A stretch of DNA of 64,000 bases from Eukaryota sp. GEM-RC1 (Eukaryota). Of this stretch, positions 12,456 to 25,654 are shown piece after piece. The notes beneath the pieces are model-generated. The model did no database searches, was not told where the DNA came from, and saw only the letters and a program-made list of their open reading frames with translations. The stretch's first letter is position 1. Every line of letters begins with the position of its first letter. The DNA is taken from positions 1,922,001-1,986,000 of the forward strand of contig JAUFOQ010000013.1 in the NCBI GenBank assembly GCA_040285855.1, read 5' to 3'. Position numbers and translations under genes: made by a program.

Positions 12456-14236
12456 AAAGCAAGCAAGATCCAAGGGTTTTGGTTTCTCACCTGATCTTTT
12501 GTATCGACAACATATTCTCTTGGGATCATCCCTTACCAGAATACTAAATAAAACACTGTTAGATATTTGAGCGTATTTGACATTGAAAGTGTTCATCACT
12601 TAACACAACCATCATCGAAAACGGTTCCGACCAACTTCCCAAACCCACTCAGTAACATCAGTAACAGTAGTGGTACGAATTCAATAAAGCCTGAATCGCA
12701 CATTCAGCAATGTAGTCAGAACTCACCTTCATTCCTTAGTTGCAGACTAATGTCGATGGAGTTCCAGTTCAAGGTCTTTGCGGACAGTGGAGCAACAGTC
12801 CCAAATCACACAAGACCTGGCTACGAGGTGCAGCATGCCCGTTGCTCACTTCACCCACCGCCAATGTTGAGTATAAGCCCTTGAATCAGTTAAAAATTTC
12901 ACACTGATTAGCAGAAGTAAACAAATGACTTCTAAGTAAGGTTGATTCAACTTCTAACAATGAAGCAAAAAAATTAATCCTCAACTCGTTAAAAGATCTA
13001 CAAATGTTCAGAGCGATTGAAGGAGCAGTAGATCTCAAAAGATGTGTGATTTTTCCGGAGTAGCAAATTTTTAAAATAAAAAACTTGATATGTTTTTCAA
13101 TATCATATGAAGAAATTGTGTTGAGCTCTGAACCAATTTTGTCCAAACAATTAGATAATTCTTGAGAAATTTTAGGAACATTCCCAAGCCAACATCCTAG
13201 AATCCATACCAAGTCGAACATTATAATCCAAGCTTTCAAAAATATTTGTAAGTTTCTGGTGTTATTTTTTCAGACAGAACTGAAGATTAGTTAAACATCT
13301 TTCAGGTATTTCAGACACAGATTCTGGGAAACACTGAGACCAAACGTCAAAAGGTAATTTGATCAACGCTTCGTTTAAGTCAAATAAGTAGTTACATGAA
13401 TTGGGTTTAATAAGTGAATATCATTAGGAAATCGATTAACAAATTCAAAAATGAAATATTTTCCACCGCCTAATAAAGCAGATTTGCAAAGAATTGATGA
13501 TTTAATCACCAAAATGAGCAGAAGTAAACAAATGACTTCTAAGTAAGGTTGATTCAACTTCTAACAATGAAGCAAAAAAATTAATCCTCAACTCGTTAAA
13601 AGATCTATAAAAGTTCAGAGCGATTGAAGGAGCAGTAGATCTCAAAAGATGTGTGATTTTTCCGGAGTAGCAAATTTTTAAAATAAAAAACTTGATATGT
13701 TTTTCAATATCATATGAAGAAATTGTGTTGAGCTCTGAACCAATTTTGTCCAAACAATTAGATAATTCTTGAGAAATTTTAGGAACATTCCCAAGCCAAC
13801 ATCCTAGAATCCATACCAAGTCGAACATTATAATCCAAGCTTTCAAAAATATTTGTAAGTTTCTGGTGTTATTTTTTCAGACAGAACTGAAGATTAGTTA
13901 AACATCTTTCAGGTATTTCAGACACAGATTCTGGGAAACACTGAGACCAAACGTCAAAAGGTAATTTGATTACGCTTCGTTTAAGTCAAATAAATATTTA
14001 CATGAATTTGGGTTAATAAGTGAAATATCATTAGGAAATCGATTAAGAAATTCAAAAATGAAATTTTTCCACCGCCTAAAAAAGCAGATTTGCAAAGAAT
14101 TGATGATTTGGTAAAACCAATACCACCAAAATGAGCAGAAGTAAACAAAATAAACATTAACTGATTAACAGTGATTAACAGTGATTGATTTCTGCTAATC
14201 AGTAAAAATTTTCTACATAAATAAAAACGAAATTCT

Positions 14237-17200
14237 AATTCCAAAACTAAGAAGCTTCACGGCAAGCTCGAAGGTCCATTCCTGGTCATTGACACGCCCA
14301 CAGCTAGCTCTCTTACCTTACAGAACATTATTACTGGTCATCAGTTCAAATCTAGTGTTCACCAATGTAAGAAATACCTCACTGACAAACCCTCGTCTGA
14401 TGAGTTCCACAAAGCAGTCGCATCTTGTGACTCTGAGGAAATGATCGTGATTAAGGTGCTATCCCAATCCGACTCACCCTCGGGACCTGTTTGTTCAGTC
14501 GTCTGGTTCGATGGTGATACCACCGAGGTACCTTTGGATCAAATAAAGAATACGAAAGCCTATTCGGAGTTTATTAAATCTAATCCCTCATATAAGCCGT
14601 CTACTAGAAAGAAACGAAGTGTTCAGGGTAGTACCAGCCGTGCCTCTCCACCTGCCAAGAGGACCAGATCTTCGAGAAAGGGGAAAAAGTAGTGTTAGTA
14701 CTGGTACAGTACCCTTAAAATAAATTTACTTTTACCTTTCCACATGTCATCTAGATACCTAGACAACAATAATTATCAACAATTATTCAACCGCCACATC
14801 CCCTTTAGAAGGTTCCGCCCTTCAAGGTTCTTCTTCTTTAGAAGGTTCCGCCCTTCAAGACTCCTTTTCTGTTGAAGGTTCCGCCCCTCCAGATCCATCC
14901 CTTTCAGAAGGTTCCGCCCTTCAAGGTTTGACTCATCCAGAAGGTCCCATCCTTCAGGATACAGTTCCCGCACCAGGTTCCGCCCTGCAGAATGCTGTAT
15001 CTGCAACTTCCCCTCCTCCAGAGACGGTTCAGATAACAGCTCCTCCGGTGATTATAACCGTCGAGGATTCACCTTCTACGGTGGCTTCTGCACAGACAGG
15101 TAGTCGGAGTAGCACACCTCCCACGGTCACTACTATCGAAGACTCACCGCCCGCGACAACGAGTCCTTCCTTTGAGAGGATTAGGTCCCTGTTCAACGAT
15201 AAGCCAAAAGCTAAGAACACCCCTTTTCCTTCTCTGAACATTGAGGAGACAATCACTCCCTCCGTAACCCCCTTGGTACCACCAGGAGGGCTTACACTCC
15301 CGGAACGAGGCTCAGCCCCCTTCCACTCCCAAAGTCTTTTCCCAAAGCCACTCATAAGAGTGTTCACAAAAAGTCTCAGGTGGGTTCCACCCCTACACCA
15401 AAGACGTCTAAACCACCAGTTCAGGATACCAATCCTACTCGTGGTCATAGAGTAGCTAATCAACCAGTCATTCCCACCGTGGATCCCGATTTGGAAGATT
15501 TAGTCCCTTATGACGTCCCTGATGATGAAGAGTTTAGACAGCCGCCTCCTGTAGGCCCAGCTGACCATTCTCAACCCCCGCCGTCAAGGCCTACTGGACA
15601 GGAGTTCCAACCTCCATCTATAATTCCCGTTCAAGGGTTTATTCCAGTCAGATCCTCTAAGACGGGTTCTTCAGAACTATTCCAGGCCCCACCTGGCCCT
15701 TTCCAACAAGGGTTAACTGATGAAGAACTAAAGCAAGCCGATCGTAGGATACTTCAAGTTGCGTACTTTACATGCTGTTTGAACTGTGTTTCTCTTCTAT
15801 TTGAACATGGTTCATGAATTTCAACAAAGCAGACTGTTCTTCCATGCTCAATCTCAATTCACGCATGTTTCATCAGTTTCTTATACGATGAATACTCTCA
15901 ACCAAGCACCCGGCTGTGTAGAATCCGGTCCTACAGACCCACTTTACAATGCTACTACTGTTATTCGTATGAAGTTCATCCCCGAAATGCCTCTTATAAA
16001 GTGTATTAGAGGTATACTCACCGTTTTTGATGACAGAAGCAAACCTGATTCCCTTCTGACGCATCGTTACCAAACGGATTCTGTCATCTTTGCCAACGAA
16101 CGTGGTTCCGATCCACGAAGTTGATTTTGGGTCAATTTCACAATTGACGAATTTTCTCATCAAAACAGAAATTCCATCTCCACTAGATGTCCGTTTAATC
16201 GCTGATGGCACCGATCCACAGCCTCAAACACTAACTGAAGATTCAGGTACACTATCAACAGCTCTCCACAGCAAAACGTTAGTAGTGTATCGACAGGACT
16301 TGCTCATAGAGCTACTTCAATCCTTGAATCCAAAAAAGTTGAACAATTTTTTTCCACAAAATCTTCCACTTCCCACAAAATCTCCCTTTTCCTTAAGTGA
16401 GTTAGCTTTCCCAAGCCCGTGTACAGCCAACATCCGATAGTTTTCTTAGTGTTTAAGAGATACGGATGTCTCCTGCTGCTGTCACAATTCAATAAACTGT
16501 TTTACTTTCTATAGTAACAGCTATCCAACTGCTGCTCAACAATATCCTTTTTCAGACGAGGATGTTCTCCGAACGTATATTACGAGTTGAAAGACCATTT
16601 TATTCGATTCTTTTCACAGCAAACAAAACAACCTCCCATGGTCAGTTTCCACACGTTCTGAACAACATTTGATTTTTTGCTCCACAAATTGGTTCTCACA
16701 GGGAATCGAACCTGTGACCGTGACTAATCAATATCACCATACATCTGGCAAACTTTTGTTAAGATAAACACAAACGAGAATCAAGGACACTGATTCAACA
16801 TCTCATCCTTTTCTCCACACAAACGAGAATCAAGGACACTGATTCAACATCTCATCCTTTTCTCCACACAAACGAGAATCAAGGACACTGATTCAACATC
16901 TCATCCTTTTCTCAAAGCAAGCAAGATCCAAGGGTTTTGGTTTCTCACCTGATCTTTTGTATCGACAACATATTCTCTTGGGATCATCCCTTACCAGAAT
17001 ACTAAATAAAACACTGTTAGATATTTGAGCGTATTTGACATTGAAAGTGTTCATCACTTAACACAACCATCATCGAAAACGGTTCCGACCAACTTCCCAA
17101 ACCCACTCAGTAACATCAGTAACAGTAGTGGTACGAATTCAATAAAGCCTGAATCGCACATTCAGCAATGTAGTCAGAACTCACCTTCATTCCTTAGTTG

Positions 17201-17343
17201 CAGACTAATGTCGATGGAGTTCCAGTTCAAGGTCTTTGCGGACAGTGGAGCAACAGTCCCAAATCACACAAGACCTGGCTACGAGGTGCAGCATGCCCGT
17301 TGCTCACTTCACCCACCGCCAATGTTGAGTATAAGCCCTTGAA
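14237..17343 (+). mobile_element. Permuted Gypsy element B, copy 2
   Basis: Duplicate of 9780-12885. Confidence 0.85.
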
Positions 17344-17364
17344 TCAGTTAAAAATTTCACACTG

Positions 17365-19600
17365 ATTAGCAGAAGTAAACAAATGACTTCTAAGTAAGGT
17401 TGATTCAACTTCTAACAATGAAGCAAAAAAATTAATCCTCAACTCGTTAAAAGATCTACAAATGTTCAGAGCGATTGAAGGAGCAGTAGATCTCAAAAGA
17501 TGTGTGATTTTTCCGGAGTAGCAAATTTTTAAAATAAAAAACTTGATATGTTTTTCAATATCATATGAAGAAATTGTGTTGAGCTCTGAACCAATTTTGT
17601 CCAAACAATTAGATAATTCTTGAGAAATTTTAGGAACATTCCCAAGCCAACATCCTAGAATCCATACCAAGTCGAACATTATAATCCAAGCTTTCAAAAA
17701 TATTTGTAAGTTTCTGGTGTAATTTTTTCAGACAGAACTGAAGATTAGTTAAACATCTTTCAGGTATTTCAGACACAGATTCTGGGAAACACTGAGACCA
17801 AACGTCAAAAGGTAATTTGATTAACGCTTCGTTTAAGTCAAATAAATATTTACATGAATTGGGGTTAATAAGTGAAATATCATTAGGAAATCGATTAAGA
17901 AATTCAAAAATGAAATTTTTCCACCGCCTAAAAAAAGCAGATTTGCAAAGAATTGATGATTTGGTAAAACCAATACCACCAAAATGAGCAGAAGTAAACA
18001 AATGACTTCTAAGTAAGGTTGATTCAACTTCTAACAATGAAGCAAAAAAATTAATCCTCAACTCGTTAAAAGATCTACAAAAGTTCAGAGCGATTGAAGG
18101 AGCAGTAGATCTCAAAAGATGTGTGATTTTTCCGGAGTAGCAAATTTTTAAAATAAAAAACTTGATATGTTTTTCAATATCATATGAAGAAATTGTGTTG
18201 AGCTCTGAACCAATTTTGTCCAAACAATTAGATAATTCTTGAGAAATTTTAGGAACATTCCCAAGCCAACATCCTAGAATCCATACCAAGTCGAACATTA
18301 TAATCCAAGCTTTCAAAAATATTTGTAAGTTTCTGGTGTTATTTTTTCAGACAGAACTGAAGATTAGTTAAACATCTTTCAGGTATTTCAGACACAGATT
18401 CTGGGAAACACTGAGACCAAACGTCAAAAGGTAATTTGATTAACGCTTCGTTTAAGTCAAACAAATATTTACATGAATTGGGGTTAATAAGTGAAATATC
18501 ATTAGGAAATCGATTAAGAAATTCAAAAATGAAATTTTTCCACCGCCTAAAAAAGCAGATTTGCAAAGAATTGATGATTTGGTAAAACCAATACCACCAA
18601 AATGAGCAGAAGTAAACAAATGACTTCTAAGTAAGGTTGATTCAACTTCTAACAATGAAGCAAAAAATTAATCCTCAACTCGTTAAAAGATCTACAAAAG
18701 TTCAGAGCGATTGAAGGAGCAGTAGATCTCAAAAGATGTGTGATTTTTCCGGAGTAGCAAATTTTTAAAATAAAAAACTTGATATGTTTTTCAATATCAT
18801 ATGAAGAAATTGTGTTGAGCTCTGAACCAATTTTGTCCAAACAATTAGATAATTCTTGAGAAATTTTAGGAACATTCCCAAGCCAACATCCTAGAATCCA
18901 TACCAAGTCGAACATTATAATCCAAGCTTTCAAAAATATTTGTAAGTTTCTGTTGTAATTTTTTCAGACAGAACTGAAGATTAGTTAAACATCTTTCAGG
19001 TATTTCAGACACAGATTCTGGGAAACACTGAGACCAAACGTCAAAAGGTAATTTGATCAACGCTTCGTTTAAGTCAAATAAGTAGTTACATGAATTGGGT
19101 TTAATAAGTGAAATATCAAAAGGAAATCGATTAACAAATTCAAAAATGAAATATTTTCCACCGCCTAAAAAAGCAGATTTGCAAAGGATTGATGATTTGG
19201 TAAATCCAATACCACCAAAATGAGCAGAAGTAAACAAATGACTTCTAAGTAACGTTGAATCAACTTCTAACAATGAAGCAAAAAAATTGATAGTCAACTC
19301 ATTAAAAGCTCTACAAAAGTTGAGAGCGATTGAAGGAGCAGTAGGTCTCAAAAGATGTGTGATTTTTCCGGAGTAACAAATTTTTAAAATTAAAAACTTG
19401 ATATGCTTTTCAATGTCATATGAAGAAATTGTGTTGAGTTCTGAACCAATTTTTTCCAAACAATTAGATAATTCTTGAGAAATTTTAGGAACATTCGCAA
19501 GCCAACATCCTAGAAAACGAAAAGCGTCTTCAACATAATTGACAAACGGAATCTGAACTCCATCGATAAATAATTCTTGTGTAACATGAAAAGTTGACAT
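17365..19600 (-). mobile_element. Post-RT segment of a CRE-like element, tandemly amplified as ~618-bp units (further units at 8694-9710 and 12905-14150)
   Basis: FRFLGCWL...KITHLLR...HFGGIGF motifs; CTAGAA junctions at 17655, 18274 and 18891; native continuation at 19510. Confidence 0.85.
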
Positions 19601-20191
19601 GTAACACTGGAAAAACAGGAATGTACCAAGACTATCTCCTTTTCTGACTCCGGTACCGATGTTTCGTTTGTTGGTGCTAATACAACTAGTGAAATTCCGA
19701 GTATCATCTAAAGATCCTTGTTAGCATTTTCATTGCAGTAGAATTATTCAGATCGTTTTCCATTTGTATGTATTGCGTTAATTTGTCGTTACTATTAAGG
19801 TAAATTGTTTTAAAAATAAGTTTCTCTTCATATATTTATCAACAGAACCAAAATCTACTTAAACATGTCAACTTTGAAGAATATTTAAAAAAACAAATAC
19901 ATTGTACATGTACTACACAGTTCTACTCAAAAAAAAATCACTGTAGAACATATTTTTAAAAAAGTCAAAGAAACTCTGGAATATAGAAAAAGTCATTTAC
20001 CAGTCATTTTGACTGAGAAAATACACACAACCAAATACTTTGTAGTAAATACAGAAAAATAGGCATGTGGTAAAAACAAACAAACAAACAAAGAATGAAA
20101 AAGAGATTTTCTAAAGAAAAAGGTTTCTCTAAAATAAAGATAAAAATATTACATCTGAAAATATACAAATATACACATAAGATGGACATCA

Positions 20192-23100
20192 CTACCAGAT
20201 CACTAAGTGGCTTTTTTTCTGAATGTAAGTCCGCTCATTCGGAGCAAGAAAGTCCTCTTTAACATTGAACATTTCTGTGAAAGGCATATACTTCTTGGGT
20301 GCTTCCTTTATAGCAAATTGTTCAAAATTTAAAACATTAGACCCTGTCCTTGTTAAGTAGGTTTTTTTCTTATATAAATTTTTTCTAGGATCTTCAAATT
20401 TTGATTGATTTCCAGAAGATGCAAAATCAAATTTTACATTACTTGTAGACATACTTCGTTGCAACTGAGGTTTGTCTGATGAACTTGAGTCAAAAGATTC
20501 TGTATGAATCCTAGCTAATTTTACATCTCGTTTTCTTCTCAGTGGATTAGAGATCAAATTCTCCCGTTCCAAATTGTCTAGAGAATCTAAGGATTCCAAT
20601 AGCGGAAATTTTAATTTTTGAGATTTAGAATGCTTGGAAGAAAATGGTGTCTTGGATTTTTTGATCGAAGTATTCAAAGAACCGGATTTTTTAAAATTTG
20701 AGGAGTAAAAGGGTGACACACTGGTGGAATTTTCCAAATTTACTTTTGAAATAACTGAATAATATGGTGAGAGTTTCATGAGGAAATTGTCACTCACGTC
20801 GATTGCACGTGATTTGATTGGGGTGCTAAAGGGATCAGAGTCAATAACAGGATCATCAAACGATGTGATTGATTGGCTTGAATAGGAAGGTTTGAGCGGT
20901 TGTCCATCAATTGGATCAATCTCTTCACGGTCAAAAGAGCAAGAATTCTATTGAATTCCCGGTCAAAAGTAAGAATTGTTGGCTGATTGATAGTCGAAGT
21001 AAGGGGAGTGACTGTCTCCAAAATGGAAAGGTCTGTATATGAAGTGTCTTTAAAGGCCAAAGATTTAAAATTCCAAAAGAATTCCTTCTTTTGAAGTTCT
21101 CCTAAAATAGTTTGAGAGGAAGAATCAATCATAGCGACAGAGCCATCAGAAAATCCAACTAAAAAGGCAGGTAAATAATCAGAAGGCGATCGAACACACG
21201 TGATTGTACAATCAAAATCTATTGAGTCGAGCTCATTCAAAACGATTGATGGAAGTTTTCCAGTTGTTGTCGACTTTACCAAATGAGGACGTTTTGAAAC
21301 AGTGTAAGACAGATGAAATTCCGTGAAATTTGACCCTGATGACGTGGCAGTTTTGAGCTGACTGAAGTGATTGGCAATCAATGGCAGTGAAGAAAGAAAA
21401 TCGAGTGTAATTAGTACATTATCAACAGCAATAGAGATCAAAATAGAGCTCAAGACTTCGTGATCACGTGATTCTATTTGTCGTGATTCTATTTGTCTTG
21501 AAAATATGGAACAAAAAGTGCAATCAAAAGGTCTGTTTAACAAATGAAAAGCTGAATTGTCAGGAAATTTTAAGCAACAAATCAAATGAAAACTGTAAGG
21601 ACAAAAAAGATAAATTTGATAGTCGTCAGTCATTAGAATCATTACTTTGAAATGATCAGAAAAGAAAGCTTTCTTGCAGATTAAATTGTCTATACGACAC
21701 AAAAAACTGGTTGATAAAACCGTATCATTATTAATAAATTCAAAAATTTTGACTCCAGTATCCATAAAAAAGAAGACATAACTTTCGAAATAGGAAGGTG
21801 AGATGACTAGAATTTGTCGGGGTGGTGATTGTGCCTGGATTTGAGTAATGAACACTGGGCGGTCGGACTTTGTAATATTGTAAAACAACACGCTGTTTTG
21901 AGTTCCAAAAATTAAAACAATTTGATTGCCGATTTCAGCAGAAGGTAAATTTAAAATTTCAATAAAATTGATTGGATAATTTGTTAGAGAATAGTAGAAG
22001 TAAGGCATCCAATTGTTGACATTAAAACAGAATAACTTGCCACAAGAACTCCCAATGATGATCCAATTATTAAAGGAGTCGTGAAAACTAACAGTAATTT
22101 CAGACAGATTTCCACAACTATCTGAGACACCTTCTCTAGAAAAATACACACTGCCAAAATTCGCATGATAATTAAATATTTTGGAAATTGAACCTCCAAG
22201 TGAACTTCTAAATCGACCATCAAACAAGTCATAAACAAAAATTGAACTTCCAAACACCAAAACCATGGCCTTTTGATCTACTAAAGTGATAGCATCTAGA
22301 ATTGAACACGGTTCTTCACTTGACGTGACAGTAAACGTCAGCATATTATTAGAAGTATTGGACGAGTCTTCCTCGAATAAATGAAAATCCCCATCTTTTG
22401 TTGAAACAACAAGTAATGAGCTAGAATGTTTACTAGAACTTTTAACAGGCACAACTTCAAAAAAACTTTAAAGGGGCATCGATTAGAGTTGATGACGTGT
22501 CCCCAAGTGTTTGAACAATCCGAAGAACTTTAACATCAATGACATACACCCTGCAGCTTTGATCAACTGCTACTATAGTTGAACCTTTGGACGAAACTCT
22601 GACATCTAAAACAGGTCTAGGTACGGAAACTGAAGCTGAACTTTTGTTAATATACGGCGAATAAATAGCTATTGAACCACTTCGAAAGCCTACAACTACC
22701 ATGTTGACGTGATCTGATGACGTGGCGATTGAAGAAACCCCACTTCCATCAGTAACAAACTCCAATCTAGGTTTGATTACAAGTCCACCAACAGAAGAGC
22801 TCTGAGTGGCAAATGATTCGGAAGAAATAGACGCAAATGACCAAAAGAACAACCTTTCATCATCTCCTCCACTCACCATGCCTTGAGATCCATGAACATA
22901 GGCTACACTAGTAACCCACCCAGTGTGAGCTCTGGAGGAAAGAAGAGGTAAAGTAGCAGAAATAACATCTTTAGATGAAAGAAGTAGGAGAGCTATACGG
23001 CCATCTGCTAATCCACAACTAATACAATCAATAAAAGAAATGTAGGTTAAACAATTGACTGCTGATGGAAGGTCATATGACGTCAGCTTAGTCCTCGTGA

Positions 23101-23749
23101 TTAGGTCATATTGAAAGACTCTCCAAGAAGCTGAGCAGACGAGATTCTGTTTCGACTCGATTCCAACAACGTCAGATACTGCTTCAATTTTATAAGAATG
23201 AAGCTCAGCGAAGGGTAAAGCATAAAGATTAACGGAGGTGTCAGTGATCACTGCCACAGTGTTTCGGAAGAGAAACTTACATCCTATAAGACTACAATGT
23301 AAAGGAAAAGGGTTTTTGAGGAAGTTTGGACTTAAAGTGGAGTGTGAGAAAAGACTAGCAAAGACTGAACCGTGGGAAGCTATTCCATTGTCAAGAACGT
23401 CCATGATAAAGTCGGCAAACTGCTCAAAAGAAATAAATCCGGTTGCGTTTTTATCAACTAACTTAAAGAGATTGGACAGAGTAAGAGTTAAGGGAGTATT
23501 GTGGAGATTTTCGTTGAGAAACGGAAGGATATAAGGACGTAAAGTGAAGAGGAACGAATCGTGGGACATGTGAACAGATTCATTGAAGACGTCAGTACTT
23601 GACACTGAAACAAAAGAACTTTTGAGTTCATGAAATGATGAAGCCGGGAGACGAAGAAGAATTTCTCCAAGATCAGGTGCTGGAATACAGCGAGCGCTGC
23701 GCACTCGCAGAAGATCACTAACAGTGGCCCTTTGTTGTAGGTGTGACAT
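20192..23749 (-). CDS. Large EF-hand/WD40-repeat protein, split into 3 ORFs by two apparent frameshifts
   Basis: LFKLVDKNATGFISFEQF EF-hand-like motif; AHTGWVTSV..VSGGDDERLFFW WD repeat; removing one T from the T7 run near 22460 joins the first two ORFs. Confidence 0.7.
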
Positions 23750-23799
23750 TCATTCGTAAGAAGAAATGTTTGCATTTGTTTTGTTCACAACTCATTTAA

Positions 23800-24798
23800 A
23801 TGGGAAAACCCAAGATACCACAGCAGATCATCACTTCTCAAGAACTCTCCTCAGTTTCAGTCACTGATGAATCCATTCAAAAACTGGTGGTGACAGATTG
23901 TCCCAATGTATCTGCTCTTTCTGATCTCTCAACACTTCCACTATCTTATCTTGATATCTCTAAGTGTTCTTTTGAATCACTTCCTTCTATTCCTCAATCA
24001 CTCAGAGTCTTGAAGATTTCTCACAACTGCATCAAGGAACTTTCTCAGCCATTCCCTCCCAATGTGCTCTCACTGGTCTCTGATCACAATAACCTTTCAA
24101 CTGTGAACTTTTCGGGTTCCAAGAAGTCATCTCTCTCAACCTTGATTCTTTCTCATAATAAATTCACCTCAATAGATATTCCCAAGTACCATTACCTTGC
24201 TAAAATCTCACTGGGTCACAATCAGATCGTTTCCTTTACTTGTGCACCACTCCTTTCCCTTAGGGAGCTACGATTGGGTTATAACTTGTTGACAGAAATA
24301 CCTGCATGTATTAGTCGGTTGACTTCCCTTGAAATCCTTTGTCTACGTGGCAATTTAATACAAGATTGTTCGTTGTCAACTATGGAGAAGTGTTTCTCTT
24401 CATTACCTCTGAGAAACTTGTCAATTTCTGGTAATCCTGGTGCTGTAGAATTGGGATTAGAATTAAAAACTGTCGTGATGTCAGTGATCCCTACTTTAAT
24501 CAGATTAGATGATAAACCTCTGGATCAATGGGCTCCTGGAAAATTGATTGAACACGTCATAACATCAAAAACAGAAAGTCAATCAACTGTAGTCGAATCC
24601 ACTGTTTTAGGAAAGAGCTCGTTTGATAAAGTTCAAAATCAAAAACGATTGGCTTCTAAACTGGGTAAATCATCTAAATTGCCCAAGAAGCGGTCAAAAA
24701 ATGAAAATATCTCTCCAGAAAATAATACACATGAACACGAGAATTTTAAAATATTAAATATTGTCCAGGATGTTGAGCTCGGAGAATGGTCTGATTGA
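23800..24798 (+). CDS. Leucine-rich repeat protein with a basic C-terminal tail
   Basis: Repeated LxxLxLSxNxI motifs and an LRRcap-like NP...IPTLIRLD motif. Confidence 0.9.
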   Translation: MGKPKIPQQIITSQELSSVSVTDESIQKLVVTDCPNVSALSDLSTLPLSYLDISKCSFESLPSIPQSLRVLKISHNCIKELSQPFPPNVLSLVSDHNNLSTVNFSGSKKSSLSTLILSHNKFTSIDIPKYHYLAKISLGHNQIVSFTCAPLLSLRELRLGYNLLTEIPACISRLTSLEILCLRGNLIQDCSLSTMEKCFSSLPLRNLSISGNPGAVELGLELKTVVMSVIPTLIRLDDKPLDQWAPGKLIEHVITSKTESQSTVVESTVLGKSSFDKVQNQKRLASKLGKSSKLPKKRSKNENISPENNTHEHENFKILNIVQDVELGEWSD

Positions 24799-24980
24799 CT
24801 TTCAATCAAATTTGTTGCGACTTTGGTGACCAGTCTATTTTCCTTTTAGTTTTTTAGTAACTTTTAGTTTTGATAGTTAATTTTTGTTTTTTTACTAGAT
24901 TTGTTGGGTTTATTGATCGGTAAAGATAGACAGATGCAATAAGATATGATCAAAATCAAACATAAATTTATGATCAAAAT

Positions 24981-25277
24981 CAGTGAACCCTAACACGTAA
25001 CACGCGTGTTAACACGTGTTAGAATTTCGACTGATTTCTAACACGCAAACAACGGTTATAATTTTCGTTCTGAATGACCTAAAAATGTCTTTTGTTCCTA
25101 AAAGATTGAAATGCGACGTTTTAGAAGTCCTCTACAGGAATATAGAGTATCCTAGGGATGAATGTGTAGAAGAAATGAGCTATTTATCGTTGAACAAGAA
25201 ACCAGCAAAAATTCTTGTAGCGCAAACACGTGTTAACACGTGTTAGATTCAATTTTGTTACGTGTTAGCGTTCACTG
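24981..25277. mobile_element. hAT-type MITE, 297 bp
   Basis: TIR CAGTGAAC.CTAACACGTAAC; 8-bp TSD ATCAAAAT at 24973-24980 and 25278-25285. Confidence 0.9.
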
Positions 25278-25654
25278 ATCAAAATTCTTGTTCGTTCATT
25301 TCTCTAAATCAGAGAAAACAAAGATTATCCTTACCAAGTCAACCATAAATTGAAATTACAAAAAGAAATAAATTGTACTCAACATCAGGGACTGTCAAAA
25401 ATATATTGCACTTTGGCAATAATTGCAATAGTGAGTATTGTGTATTGCAATACTGTATTGCAGCCTAATTTTGTATTGCAATATATTGCAATAATTTCGA
25501 TTTTGAACAATAGTTTTAAACCATTACTTTTTCTGTTGCTTGAAGGCAATTTGGCAACATAATACATATAGTTTTTGGTTTGTGTACAATATAATATAAA
25601 TCTGTAAAAAGTGTATAAAGTTTGTGGTTTGTGTACAATTGATAGTCCTTACTA

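Larger units (their letters stand above)
9780..12885 (+). mobile_element. Permuted and deleted Gypsy element B, copy 1: integrase tail, PPT, single LTR, N-terminal extension, foreign DNA, protease remnant
   Basis: KLHGKLEGPF, chromodomain-like ORF 9984-10235, LTR 10236-10311, EGSALQ repeats, FADSGAT remnant near 12780. Confidence 0.85.
8694..17609. repeat. Near-perfect 4.46-kb tandem duplication (8694-13151 and 13152-17609)
   Basis: All ORFs repeat at an offset of 4457-4458 with very few differences. Confidence 0.95.
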
